A stretch of 64,000 bases of DNA from an uncultured Spirochaetota bacterium. GTDB taxonomy: Bacteria > Spirochaetota > B62-G9 > DRHN01. Where the stretch lies: contig CAZGJW010000001.1 of NCBI GenBank assembly GCA_964525675.1, forward strand, positions 40,467 through 104,466, written 5' to 3'. The number at the start of each line of letters is the position of its first letter. Position 1 is the first letter of the stretch. The position numbers were made by a program, and so were the translations under genes. Shown one piece after another: positions 39,621 through 49,794 of this stretch. The notes under the pieces were generated by a model, which worked only from the letters and a program-made list of their open reading frames with translations, did no database searches and was not told the origin of the DNA.

Positions 39621-40869
39621 AAAAGATATACCCCCCTACTTTTCTACAGGTGAAAAAGGCTCCTTTGCAGAAAAAACCCTTCAATGGAGAAAACCCTCCA
39701 TAGTGGACAGGGTCATCAAGGCGAATAGTTTCAACCATAGCCAGAAAAAGGCGCTTATATCTCTTAAAAATGAGATAACGGCAGGCAGGATTACAAATCC
39801 CTTCAACGACCCCGCAGTTCACATCGATACGATGGAGGAAAAATCTCTTTCCATCTGGAGGCGTGAGGTTTCCCGCTATGAGGGGGGATCGTGGCTCGAT
39901 ATCCCCTTCTATTTCGCCGAGGCTTACTTCTACATGAGAATTCTCATTGCAGTCGGATACTTCGACATGACATCATCCTTTCATATGAAAGACCCGTACA
40001 GGCCGTTCAAAGAACGGGAGCTCTATGAAGAAAACGGCGGGCTCGAGTTAGGAAGAACACTCGTCGGGCTTTTGGAGGATCGTCTCTTTGAAACCGGGCG
40101 CCCTATCAAAGAGAAAAAGAAGGAGCTTAAATCCATCCTCTATTACGAGCTCTGGGGCAACCGGGTCGATTTGAGTCTCTACTATATTGCAGACGATTCG
40201 AGGGAAAAAACCTCGGAACATGAGTCGCATAACCTTCTCATCGATCACAGCGAGCGGCTCATCGATCTTCTGGGCATGGCGGGCAGGCGGATCGACATCA
40301 TATTAGACAACTCGGGGCAGGAACTGGTGTGTGACCTGATTCTCACATGGTATCTTCTTGCGACCTCACCCGAAAGAAAAATCCATCTCCATGCGAAAAA
40401 ATACCCATTCTACGTGTCTGATGCGATGGCAAATGATGTCCTGGAGACCATCAGTGCGCTTCGGGCCGACAGAGACGAGGCACTGTCTCGTATCGGGCAA
40501 GAGCTTTTCGGGTTTCAGGAGCAGGGGAGGCTTTTTCTGCACGACCATTACTTCTGGAACAGCCCCCTTGGGTACGACCAGCTGCCGGAAGGCATCTCAC
40601 AGGAGCTTGCGCTATCTGACATGGTTCTTCTCAAGGGAGACGTAAACTACAGGAGGATGCTTTCAGACAGGAAGTGGGAGATGTCGCGAAACATGGAAGA
40701 ACTGACCGGGGTTTTCCCCACATCATTTACGCTTATCCGAACCATGAAGAGCGAATGCATCGTTGATATTGACAACTACAGGGCACAGGAACTTTTTATA
40801 AAGGACCCCGACTGGCTCGTAAACGGGGTTCGCGGTATTATCAGGGTGGTCGAAAAGAGCCGGGTATGA
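39613..40869 (+). CDS. DUF89/ARMT1-like protein (damage-control phosphatase family)
   Basis: IILDNSGQELVCDLILTWYLL fits the DUF89 DNxGxE...D metal-site pattern. 418 aa. Confidence 0.5.
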   Translation: MNKKDIPPYFSTGEKGSFAEKTLQWRKPSIVDRVIKANSFNHSQKKALISLKNEITAGRITNPFNDPAVHIDTMEEKSLSIWRREVSRYEGGSWLDIPFYFAEAYFYMRILIAVGYFDMTSSFHMKDPYRPFKERELYEENGGLELGRTLVGLLEDRLFETGRPIKEKKKELKSILYYELWGNRVDLSLYYIADDSREKTSEHESHNLLIDHSERLIDLLGMAGRRIDIILDNSGQELVCDLILTWYLLATSPERKIHLHAKKYPFYVSDAMANDVLETISALRADRDEALSRIGQELFGFQEQGRLFLHDHYFWNSPLGYDQLPEGISQELALSDMVLLKGDVNYRRMLSDRKWEMSRNMEELTGVFPTSFTLIRTMKSECIVDIDNYRAQELFIKDPDWLVNGVRGIIRVVEKSRV

Positions 40870-41043
40870 GGTTTTGTACACCGTACTTCGATTAAACAGA
40901 CATTTATTTCTAACGTACAGAGCTCTCTCAAGTCGATTCTCGGGTTGATTAGACCTTTCAGCCGGCTACACCCCGTTTAAACAACTGCATTCATTGACAC
41001 ATGGTAGTTTCAAAACTATCTTAAAAAAGGGGGGGATGCTTCT

Positions 41044-41334
41044 TTGAGCCTGTACCGCGTACACTTCAAGTGGAAAGATAAGGAGATGCAGCTTACCGCA
41101 AAAAGCCTTGATCTCACACACCCCTACTTCGTCTCGATAAAGGATATCGTCTTCCCTGAAGAAAAAAAGCTCATTATAAACCCTTCCGAGGACGACTTTC
41201 GAAAGACATTCAGCGAAGCGAACCACCTCATGATCCCCTTCCAATCGGTCGTTCTGATAGAGGAGCTTCCCGAAAAGGGGAAACCCAGAGTCATGAAGTT
41301 TGAAAAAGTTGAAAAGGATAAAAAGAACAAATAA
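41044..41334 (+). CDS. hypothetical small protein (96 aa)
   Basis: Complete ORF upstream of the first MttB paralog. No motif I can recognise. Confidence 0.3.
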   Translation: MSLYRVHFKWKDKEMQLTAKSLDLTHPYFVSIKDIVFPEEKKLIINPSEDDFRKTFSEANHLMIPFQSVVLIEELPEKGKPRVMKFEKVEKDKKNK

Positions 41335-41383
41335 AAATTTCGTAAGAATAACATAAAACTCCCTCGTATAAGGAGGCTATGTA

Positions 41384-42892
41384 ATGGCGCTTCGCGGATA
41401 TATGAGAAAGTTCCCTCCGTTCAAGATCCTGTCCGACGATCAGGTCGAGCATATCCATCACGGTACGCTCGATGTGCTTGCCGAATCAGGTGCAAAAATC
41501 TATCATGATGAGGCATTAAAGGTTTTCAAGAAGGCAGGCTGCAACGTCGATTTCGAGACAAAGCTGGTAAAGTTTCCGCCCGCGCTTGTGGAGGAGAGCC
41601 TGCGTAACTGCCCGGGCAGTTTTCGCGTAAAATCAAGAAATCCTGCGCACGATCTCATTCTCAGTCAGGACCATGTGGTGTTTTTCAACTTTCCGGGAAG
41701 AGACATCGTCGACCTCGACACCTGGGAATCACGGCCACCGACGAGGCAAGAGCATATAGATCTCGTCCGTGTTCTGGATTTTCTGCCGACCGTTCATTTT
41801 CTCAACAACTACCCCTACTTCGGATACAGGGGTATACCTGAGACCATGAAAGAGATGGAAGGGGCCGCCATCCGACTTGCGTATTCAACCAAGGTAACCA
41901 TGGAGATAGCAAACAATGACAATGACCGCTTTACCTTTCAGGCAGCCAAAGCCCTGGGGACCGAGATGTTCGCAAACCCGAACACCTCATCCCCCCTCAC
42001 CTGCTACACAGACCAGACGAACGCATGCTTCCTCGCAGCAGAACATGGCTTTCCAAGCATGATATGGGACGGTGCAACAGCCGGAAGCACCGCACCGGCG
42101 AGCATTGCAGGCGCCGTAGTTATGAGTAATGCAGAGATAATCCCATATATCGTGCTCCTCCAGCTTTTGAAACCCGGTTCCCGCGTTGCCGTTGCCAACC
42201 TTGTGCTCCCTCAGAACATGAAAACAGGAGCGCCCGCCTTCGGCGATATCGGCGTCAGCCTACACACCGCCGCCTACAACCAGGTATGGCGGTATTACGG
42301 AGTCCCTACGGTCGCCTCTTCTTCCGGCGTGAGTAATTCGAAGATGATAGGGTTTCAGCTCGCATATGAAAAGACTATACCAAGCCTTATCGGCGCAATG
42401 TCCGGTTCGAGCGCGGTGCAGCTGCACAGCAGTGTATATGGCGAAATAAGCGCTCATCCTGTTCAGGCTGTTCTCGATGATGATATTGCGGGCATGATAG
42501 GAAGATTTGTCCAGGGCATCGAGGTAAGCGAGGACTCCCTTGCAGTTGATCTTATGAATGAAGTGGGTCCCATACCGGGCCATTTCCTCGGCAAGGCGCA
42601 CACCCGACAATGGTGGGAAAAAGAGCAGTACGTTACGAAAAGTACAGACCGAGTCTCTTATCCGGAATGGGTCATCAGCGGGAAAAAAACCGCGGTTGAT
42701 TACGGAAAAGAGCGTGTCGAAGAAATCCTTGCAACCCATACAGTAGACCCTCCCCTGACCGATAAGGAGACAGAGGGGGTTGGGCGAATTCTCAGGGAGG
42801 CACGGCAGTACTATAAAAAGCATGAGCTTATATCAGATGCGGAATGGGAGGAGTATAAAAAAACCCTGAAAGAGGAAGGGCGGCCGTTTTAG
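41384..42892 (+). CDS. MttB-superfamily methyltransferase (trimethylamine/quaternary-amine:corrinoid methyltransferase family), non-pyrrolysine type
   Basis: 502 aa. Family-wide N-terminal K(F/L)(P/K)PxxILSxEQxEHIHxGTLxVLxxTG and TIM-barrel body. No in-frame amber codon. The RBS is AAGGAGG. Confidence 0.85.
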   Translation: MALRGYMRKFPPFKILSDDQVEHIHHGTLDVLAESGAKIYHDEALKVFKKAGCNVDFETKLVKFPPALVEESLRNCPGSFRVKSRNPAHDLILSQDHVVFFNFPGRDIVDLDTWESRPPTRQEHIDLVRVLDFLPTVHFLNNYPYFGYRGIPETMKEMEGAAIRLAYSTKVTMEIANNDNDRFTFQAAKALGTEMFANPNTSSPLTCYTDQTNACFLAAEHGFPSMIWDGATAGSTAPASIAGAVVMSNAEIIPYIVLLQLLKPGSRVAVANLVLPQNMKTGAPAFGDIGVSLHTAAYNQVWRYYGVPTVASSSGVSNSKMIGFQLAYEKTIPSLIGAMSGSSAVQLHSSVYGEISAHPVQAVLDDDIAGMIGRFVQGIEVSEDSLAVDLMNEVGPIPGHFLGKAHTRQWWEKEQYVTKSTDRVSYPEWVISGKKTAVDYGKERVEEILATHTVDPPLTDKETEGVGRILREARQYYKKHELISDAEWEEYKKTLKEEGRPF

Positions 42893-42993
42893 GATCATCC
42901 TGAATGTAATCGTGAGCACCCGTGGGGAAACAACAGGAACAGACCGCAGCCAATAGCTGTGATATATGATATGGAGAGGAAGGTGGTGTAAAG

Positions 42994-44445
42994 ATGTCTA
43001 TAAAAGGTTTTTCGAGGAATTTCAAACCGCTACAGATTCTTTCTGAAGAACAGGTTGAAGATATCCACCGAGGTGTTCTCGCAGTTTTGCAGAATACAGG
43101 GCTGAGATTTGAAAGCAAGCTGGCGCTTAAAACCTTCGAAAAAAATGACTGCTCAGTAGACTATGAGGAGATGAGGGTAAAATTTCCGCCTGGGCTCGTT
43201 GAGGAATGCCTTCGAAAAACACCGAGCAGTTTCTACTTTAAATCAAGAGACCCCTCATGCGATCTGATTGTCGGCGGCAACACAACCTACTTCTGCTCTT
43301 TCCCGGGGATGAACACCGTTGACCTCAATACCTGGGAGGCGCGAAGGGCGACAAGAGAGGAAAACAAAGAGGCCCTCATTGTACTTGATGCCCTTGAAAA
43401 CCTCCATTTTTTAACTCCCTACACGCCCTATTTCGGCTTTGATTCCACTCCTCCAGTGATGTCCATACCGGAAAGCACTGCGGCAAAGATCAAATATACA
43501 ACAAAGCTGCAGTTTTCCGGGTACCAGAAAGATTGTGAAATCTTCACGATAGAAATGGCGAATGCTGCGAATACCGAAATTCAGGGGATGATGGAAAGCT
43601 CACCTCCTCTCACCTTTTATGAAGACGCGGCCATGTCTGCCTACCGGTATGCCAAGGCAGGCCTTCCGCTCCATATCACCTCAGGGGCTATCATGGGTGG
43701 GACGTCACCTGCAACCATTGCCGGCACACTCGTCACCAGTGTCGCGGAAATCGCAGGAGGTATTGTGTTCGTACAGCTTGTCAGGCCAAATACGAGAGTC
43801 ATTGCAAATGCCTTCGTTTTTCCCCAAAACATGATGACCGGCCTGCCCTTCTTCGGGTCAGTGGGCATCTCACTTCACGAAGCGGCCTTTAATCAGATAT
43901 GGCGAAAGTACGGCATTCCTGTGCAGAGCTCGGCGATCGGGCCTACGAATTCGAAGATGATTGACTACCAGAACTGTTATGAAAAGTCGATCCCTGCGCT
44001 GACCGCTGCAATGTCCGGAGCCCACATAATACAGTTCCACGGCGGCGTGTACGGCGAATTGACGTATCATCCTGTTCAGTCAATTATGGATGATGATGTT
44101 GCGGGGGTTATCGGTCGTCTTATCGAGGGATTTGAAGTATCGGATGAAACACTGGCCATAGATCTTATCAAAGAAACAGGGCCGATACCGGGCTTTTATT
44201 TAAATACCGCACATACAAGAAACTGGTGGAAAAAGGAACAGTTCGTCCCCAGGGTGGCGGATCTCCTTCCCTACGGGCAGTGGGAAGCCGGGGGAAAAAA
44301 ATCTGCTCTCGACAGGGCAAAAGAACGGATGAAAGAGATAGTTGAAACTCACAGGCCTGTTCCCCTGTCTGATGAACAGGAGAGAGAGATTGATAATATT
44401 CTGGAAAAAGCCAGAAACTACTACAGAAAAAAGGGGTGGCTCTGA
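42994..44445 (+). CDS. MttB-superfamily methyltransferase paralog 2 (non-Pyl)
   Basis: 483 aa. The same conserved blocks as 41384-42892 (for example HPVQxxxDDDxAGxIGR, GPIPGxxLxxxHTRxWWKKEQ). Confidence 0.85.
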   Translation: MSIKGFSRNFKPLQILSEEQVEDIHRGVLAVLQNTGLRFESKLALKTFEKNDCSVDYEEMRVKFPPGLVEECLRKTPSSFYFKSRDPSCDLIVGGNTTYFCSFPGMNTVDLNTWEARRATREENKEALIVLDALENLHFLTPYTPYFGFDSTPPVMSIPESTAAKIKYTTKLQFSGYQKDCEIFTIEMANAANTEIQGMMESSPPLTFYEDAAMSAYRYAKAGLPLHITSGAIMGGTSPATIAGTLVTSVAEIAGGIVFVQLVRPNTRVIANAFVFPQNMMTGLPFFGSVGISLHEAAFNQIWRKYGIPVQSSAIGPTNSKMIDYQNCYEKSIPALTAAMSGAHIIQFHGGVYGELTYHPVQSIMDDDVAGVIGRLIEGFEVSDETLAIDLIKETGPIPGFYLNTAHTRNWWKKEQFVPRVADLLPYGQWEAGGKKSALDRAKERMKEIVETHRPVPLSDEQEREIDNILEKARNYYRKKGWL

Positions 44446-44468
44446 ATTTTTATTCAAAGGCATGGTAC

Positions 44469-44789
44469 ATGGAACTTTTTGAAGAAATCACTCACGCTCG
44501 TAAAATCCTTGGAGTGGCGGAGTCAGCCACCCTGAAACAGATTCAAAAAAATTATAGAGACCTGGTCAAGAAATGGCATCCCGATCGATGCCGGGAAAAA
44601 AAAGAAATATGCAGGGAAAAAACCTCTTTGATTCTGCAGGCGTATAAAACCATAAGAGACTACTGCAATAATTACCGCTTTACTTTTTCCCGGGAGGAGA
44701 TAGAAAAATATATGCCGGATGAAGAGGTCTGGATAAAAAAATACGGAAGCGACCCCATCTGGGGGAGGCACCATCCGGGGAACAAATGA
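44469..44789 (+). CDS. small J-domain (DnaJ-like) protein
   Basis: ARKILGVAESATLKQIQKNYRDLVKKWHPDR carries the HPD motif. I moved the start to the ATG at 44469; the longer ORF begins inside the mttB paralog 2 stop region. Confidence 0.45.
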   Translation: MELFEEITHARKILGVAESATLKQIQKNYRDLVKKWHPDRCREKKEICREKTSLILQAYKTIRDYCNNYRFTFSREEIEKYMPDEEVWIKKYGSDPIWGRHHPGNK

Positions 44790-44940
44790 GAAGTAATTTC
44801 TGCCAAGCGATGTGTGTAACCATGCTCGAATCAATAATCGTGAGGGGTATTATTTTTTCAGTCTTTACACCATATCTATAAATCAAAGTGTGTGTTAATG
44901 TATGGTAAAATATTTAAATATATAACCGGAGGGACCTATA

Positions 44941-45594
44941 ATGGATGATGAAACCAAGACAATTCTTGAAAATCTGAGAAAGGCTGTCTTCGAGTACGAC
45001 AACGATCTGGCTGCTAAGTCGGCCACGCAGTCAGTTGAAAAAGAAATCGACCCGCTCGAAGCCCTCGATGTAATGACCACAGCCATCAGAGAAATTGGAG
45101 ATGCCTTTGGAACAGGGGAACTCTGGCTCCCCGATCTCGTCGGTGCATCCGATGCAATGCAGTCGGCGGTGCCAATACTGGAAAAAGAGATCAAAAAGAG
45201 GGGCGCGCATAGAGAGTCTCTGGGAAGAGTTGTAGCAGGCACGGTATTCGGCGATATTCACAGCATAGGAAAGACCATGGTGGCCACCCTCCTCACTGCT
45301 GCGGGATTCGAGGTGCATGACCTGGGTGTAAATGTAAATGCGAAAGGCTTTATAGATGCAGTGAGCAAGTACAATGCCAACCTGGTTGTTATGTCAGCGC
45401 TTATGACCACAACATGTGTTGAGCAGGAAAAGGTGGTTGCAGAATTAAAGAAGGAGGGGTTGAGGGAGAAGGTTAAGATCATGGTAGGAGGAGCTGCCGT
45501 TACCGAGGAATTTGCCGAGACGATCGGTGCTGACGGGTATGATCCGACTGCGCCGGGCGCTGTCGCCCTGGCAAAGAAGCTGCTGGGAAAATAG
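44941..45594 (+). CDS. corrinoid (cobalamin-binding) protein, MtbC/MttC-like
   Basis: A B12-binding_2 helical cap followed by a Rossmann B12-binding domain with a DxHxxG motif (GDIHSIGK). 217 aa. Confidence 0.85.
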   Translation: MDDETKTILENLRKAVFEYDNDLAAKSATQSVEKEIDPLEALDVMTTAIREIGDAFGTGELWLPDLVGASDAMQSAVPILEKEIKKRGAHRESLGRVVAGTVFGDIHSIGKTMVATLLTAAGFEVHDLGVNVNAKGFIDAVSKYNANLVVMSALMTTTCVEQEKVVAELKKEGLREKVKIMVGGAAVTEEFAETIGADGYDPTAPGAVALAKKLLGK

Positions 45595-45624
45595 GTATGT
45601 TGTGGTCCATAAGGAGATTTTATT

Positions 45625-47136
45625 ATGGCAATAAAAGGATATACACGAAATTTCCCCCCTTTAAAAATCCTGAGCGATGAACAGATAGAGCAAATTCATA
45701 CCGGCACATTGAAAGTGCTTAAAAAGACAGGTGTGCGGTTTGACAGCGAAAGAGCGTTAAAGCTTTTTGAAAAAAACAGGTGCACCGTTGACTACGGCAG
45801 CAACAGGGTGCGGTTTCCCGAGGCATTAGTGGAGGAATCGTTACGGAGCTGCCCGAGCAGGTTCCATGTACAGGCAAGAAATCATGAAAATGACATGGTC
45901 TGGGGTGGTAATACAACATATTTTCAGGCCCTGGCCGGCACAAGGACGGTTGATCTTGATACATGGAATCCTCGAACGCCCACGAGAAAAGAGTACTATA
46001 ATGGAATTACTGTTCTCGATGCACTGGAAAATGTGAGTATTATTCCATGGTACACACCATGGTTCGGGTTCAAGAATATCCCGCCTGTTATGGCCATGCC
46101 TGAAGGCCTTGCCGCACGATTGAGGAACTCAAGTAAATTTACATGCGCCGGTTATTCTATGGGGTGTGAGGTGTTTAATATACAAATGGCTCAAGCTGCC
46201 GGTACAGAGCTGAGAACCATGATGGCCGCCTCCCCTCCACTGACTTTTTATGATGAGACGATCGATGCTGCCTACAGGATCATAGAAGCCGGGTTTATCC
46301 TTCTCCCGACTTCCGGATGTGTGTACGGCGGCACTGCTCCTGCTACAATTGCTGGCTCATTAATAAGCGGGAATGCTGAAATCATTGCAGGAATAATATT
46401 TGCCCAGCTCATCAAACCGGGAACGAGAATAATAGTACAGGATTTTTCCTTTCCGCAGAACATGAGAACAGGCGCTCCTGCGTTCGGGTCAATTGAAATT
46501 TCAATGCACCAGGCAGCATTTAACCAGATCTGGCACTGGTATGGAGTCCCCACAGACGGAGCGGTATGCTATCCCAATTCAAAAATGATAGATTATCAAT
46601 CAGGGTACGAAAAAGCTATTATTGCTTCGATAGGAGCGCTGTCCGGCACAAATACAATATGGATTCAGGGTGCACTGTATGGTGAGCTCGCCTTTCATCC
46701 TGTGCAGGCAATAATCGATGATGATATTGCAGGTATGCTCGGAAGGTTCCTGGGGGGTGTTAACGTCACCGAGGAGACCATGGCAAAAGACGTCATCGAT
46801 GAGGTGGGGCCTATCCCGGGTCATTATCTCAATACAAAACATACCAGGAAGTGGTGGAAAAAAGAGCAGTTTATTCCAAAATCAGCCGACAGATTAACGC
46901 ATCCGGAATGGTTAAAAACGGGTAAAAAAGACTGTATTGAGCTCGCCAGGGAAAAATATGAAGAGATATGTGAGACGCACAGGGTAAATCCCCCGCTGAC
47001 TGAACATCAGGAACAGGACATAGAAAAAATCCTGAAAGAAGCGCGGGAACACTATAGAAAAAAGGGGCTCATTTCTGATGCTGAATGGGAATACTATCAG
47101 AAGGATATTGCATCCACCGGCTATCCATATGAATAG
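45625..47136 (+). CDS. MttB-superfamily methyltransferase paralog 3 (non-Pyl)
   Basis: 503 aa. The same conserved blocks and no in-frame stop. Confidence 0.85.
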   Translation: MAIKGYTRNFPPLKILSDEQIEQIHTGTLKVLKKTGVRFDSERALKLFEKNRCTVDYGSNRVRFPEALVEESLRSCPSRFHVQARNHENDMVWGGNTTYFQALAGTRTVDLDTWNPRTPTRKEYYNGITVLDALENVSIIPWYTPWFGFKNIPPVMAMPEGLAARLRNSSKFTCAGYSMGCEVFNIQMAQAAGTELRTMMAASPPLTFYDETIDAAYRIIEAGFILLPTSGCVYGGTAPATIAGSLISGNAEIIAGIIFAQLIKPGTRIIVQDFSFPQNMRTGAPAFGSIEISMHQAAFNQIWHWYGVPTDGAVCYPNSKMIDYQSGYEKAIIASIGALSGTNTIWIQGALYGELAFHPVQAIIDDDIAGMLGRFLGGVNVTEETMAKDVIDEVGPIPGHYLNTKHTRKWWKKEQFIPKSADRLTHPEWLKTGKKDCIELAREKYEEICETHRVNPPLTEHQEQDIEKILKEAREHYRKKGLISDAEWEYYQKDIASTGYPYE

Positions 47137-47195
47137 AAGCTTATTCATTTCAAACGAACCCTGCCTCAAGGTTATGCGAAAGGATTATTCTGTAG

Positions 47196-47945
47196 ATGGG
47201 TTTATCAAGCTCTATTATCGAACGAATGTCTGAACCTGCAGAAAACTACACCATAAAACGAGTGCAGGCAGGCCTCATATATTCCGCAGTTCAGCTCGAT
47301 AACAACGCCGCCGGCGTTGCCTACACCTTCCCGATGAAAGAGCACTGCAGTCCCGGAATGCGCCGCGACCAAAAACCACTGACAGGAAGAAAGGCCGTTG
47401 AGCTGATCCCTTATCTGGGAGATAAGAACCTGGTAATGTCCTCTCTCGCACTCGCAGCGATAAACGCCCTGCTTGCAACAGAAGAGATTCCTGAAGGTGT
47501 GAGTTTCGGGGATATTCTGGGCAACCTCGATATTCGGAAAGGGGATCAGGTCTGCATGGTGGGAAGCTTTCTGCCGCTTCTTCCCGCTCTGGAGAAGAGG
47601 CATGTTCGAGTCGTTGCTGTTGATGAAACACCAAAGCCTCATACAGGGCCGCCTGAAGATGCTGAAAAGCTTCTTCCCGAAAGTCAGGTTGCCATCATTA
47701 CCGGTACAGCAGTTATCAACAACACAATTGACCGCATGCTGGTGCTTGCCCGAACCTGCCGTGAGGTCGCCGTGCTTGGAGCTTCCACCCCATTGCTGAA
47801 AGAGGCGTTTGTCGACACTTCGGCAACCTGCCTTTCGGGAATCAGAGTGACGGAGCCTGAAAAGGTGCTTCAGACAATAGGCGAGGGATTAGGGTTCAGA
47901 GAGTTCAAAAAATATGTTCGCAAAGTAAACCTGAGGCTCAAATAA
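47196..47945 (+). CDS. DUF364/DUF4213-like Rossmann-fold protein (putative cofactor/metal-handling protein associated with corrinoid systems)
   Basis: 249 aa. A glycine-rich Rossmann-like core. Positioned between mttB paralog 3 and the TsaA-like gene. Confidence 0.45.
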   Translation: MGLSSSIIERMSEPAENYTIKRVQAGLIYSAVQLDNNAAGVAYTFPMKEHCSPGMRRDQKPLTGRKAVELIPYLGDKNLVMSSLALAAINALLATEEIPEGVSFGDILGNLDIRKGDQVCMVGSFLPLLPALEKRHVRVVAVDETPKPHTGPPEDAEKLLPESQVAIITGTAVINNTIDRMLVLARTCREVAVLGASTPLLKEAFVDTSATCLSGIRVTEPEKVLQTIGEGLGFREFKKYVRKVNLRLK

Positions 47946-47981
47946 AATTACTTTGATACAACAGGCAAAGGGAAAAAGTAT

Positions 47982-48773
47982 ATGGACGGCGCTGAAGAAA
48001 CTCTGTTAAATGGTGAGAAAATAAAATCCCTGCTGCTGTACTTGCTGAGTCATAATAAAGAGCATCTGAAGGAAAACGAGAAATGGGTGAAGATGATTCA
48101 GCAGGCCGGTTTCGAAGAAATTGCCCATACGATCAAAGAAATCAATACATTGACAGAGACAGCCAATCAGCACCTTGAATACGCTAAAAAAAAACTCGAG
48201 GATAGTAGCGGAAAGTGCCAACCAGCAGTTAAGGAAAAGAAAAAAAATGATGTAATCCTAGAGACGCAGCATACTGAAAAACCTGCTCTTTTTGAATTCA
48301 GGCAGATCGGAACCATACATACTCCCTATACCGATAACGCGCCGTACCAGCCGGTTGAAGAGGATCAGGGAACATTTTCTGTAGAGCTTTTTCAACAGTA
48401 TACCGACGGCCTCGCTGAGTTAAACCGATTCTCTTACATGTATGTACTCTATTACGTACACAAACTACAGCGGAAACCCGCTATGATGACATCTCCTCCG
48501 TGGGCCCACGGCAAAACTGTCGGCGTGTTCGCAAGCCGTTCCCCTGTACGGCCAAACCTCATAGGACTGAGTATTGTTCGTATAAAACGGATCGTGGAAA
48601 ACAAAATATACACGTCGGGACTTGATGTGTTTGATGGTACACCGCTCCTCGATATCAAGCCCTATATAAAAGATCTCGATTCGAAGGATGACGCTGATTA
48701 CGGCTGGATTGAAGATTTGAAAGGGTATGAACATTTGCTTTTGCATATCAAAGGCATACCTCACGAGTATTGA
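47982..48773 (+). CDS. TsaA/YaeB (TrmO)-like SAM-dependent methyltransferase with an extra N-terminal ~100 aa
   Basis: The C-terminal 160 aa (GTIHTPY...RPNLIGLSIVRI...GTPLLDIKPY) match the TrmO beta-barrel family. Confidence 0.65.
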   Translation: MDGAEETLLNGEKIKSLLLYLLSHNKEHLKENEKWVKMIQQAGFEEIAHTIKEINTLTETANQHLEYAKKKLEDSSGKCQPAVKEKKKNDVILETQHTEKPALFEFRQIGTIHTPYTDNAPYQPVEEDQGTFSVELFQQYTDGLAELNRFSYMYVLYYVHKLQRKPAMMTSPPWAHGKTVGVFASRSPVRPNLIGLSIVRIKRIVENKIYTSGLDVFDGTPLLDIKPYIKDLDSKDDADYGWIEDLKGYEHLLLHIKGIPHEY

Positions 48774-48778
48774 GAAGT

Positions 48779-48935
48779 ATGGTTTTATCCATTAGAATTC
48801 TGGCATTTTGTACCAGAATTTCGAATACAAATGACTATATTATACTACATTGCCGTAATATTACATACTTTAGGTAAAAACCATTAGGTAAGTGATAATT
48901 TTCAACTTCTAAGATTGACAAGTTTACTTACCTAT
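48779..48935. repeat. repeat element copy C (inverted orientation relative to copy A)
   Basis: Reverse complement of 35470-35625 with only 2-3 mismatches. Confidence 0.8.
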
Positions 48936-48985
48936 TTATTTGTATTGTCATTAAATTTTATTCAACAGTAAAGGAACCATGCACA

Positions 48986-49615
48986 ATGAACAGTCATACA
49001 TCATTTAAAGGATACTCCTTGGTATCCTGCGGGACATTGCGTGATGAAGTAGAGTATTTGGAAAAAACAGGCTTTTTGGATGCGGATAAGGTATTATTTA
49101 CAGCACCCGGCCTGCATGAAAAGCAGAAGGAACTACAAAAACAGCTTGTAAGGCAGCTTGAAAACGCAAGAAAATACTCCGAGAAAGTAATCGTACTGTA
49201 CGGGGAGAGATGCTATCTCGATCCGGACGATCCTTCAAGAGACATAAACCGACTCCTCGCGGAAAACGGACCCGATCTTTCACAGGTGCACGCCAAAAAC
49301 TGCATAGATATGCTTGCGGACGAGGATGAGAGGGAAGAAATTCGAAACGGGAGAAAGATATACTGGCTTACGCCAGGGTGGGTAAAATACTGGAAGATAA
49401 TTTTCAGTAAATGGGATGTCGGTATGGCAAATGAAACCTTTCCCGGGAATGATTCAGCAATCGTGCTGGACGCAATCGGCTCCTTTGATGAAATTTGCGA
49501 AAAGGAGCCCGAAAAGATACTTGAATTCTCAGACTGGATGAAACTCGGCATTGAATCACATCAAGTGACCTTAGACCGGTTTAAAGAACTTCTGCTGGAG
49601 CAGATCAACCAATAA
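48986..49615 (+). CDS. DUF1638-like protein (family recurrently adjacent to corrinoid methyltransferase genes)
   Basis: 209 aa. This assignment comes from overall resemblance only. Confidence 0.4.
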   Translation: MNSHTSFKGYSLVSCGTLRDEVEYLEKTGFLDADKVLFTAPGLHEKQKELQKQLVRQLENARKYSEKVIVLYGERCYLDPDDPSRDINRLLAENGPDLSQVHAKNCIDMLADEDEREEIRNGRKIYWLTPGWVKYWKIIFSKWDVGMANETFPGNDSAIVLDAIGSFDEICEKEPEKILEFSDWMKLGIESHQVTLDRFKELLLEQINQ

Positions 49616-49794
49616 TCAGAAGAGTTTCCACATTCAAAATAAACATTCTGCCTTTTCAAAACTCTTGCCTTCCCCCGAGGTTCAAAAGATCTTAAAGTAG
49701 AGAGATTTTACGCCTTTACTTTCTAATTGTTGCAGGTAATGATTGTGAATAGTTTAAAGAATTTTCTCGTTTAAAAAAATCATACGATTAAGGA

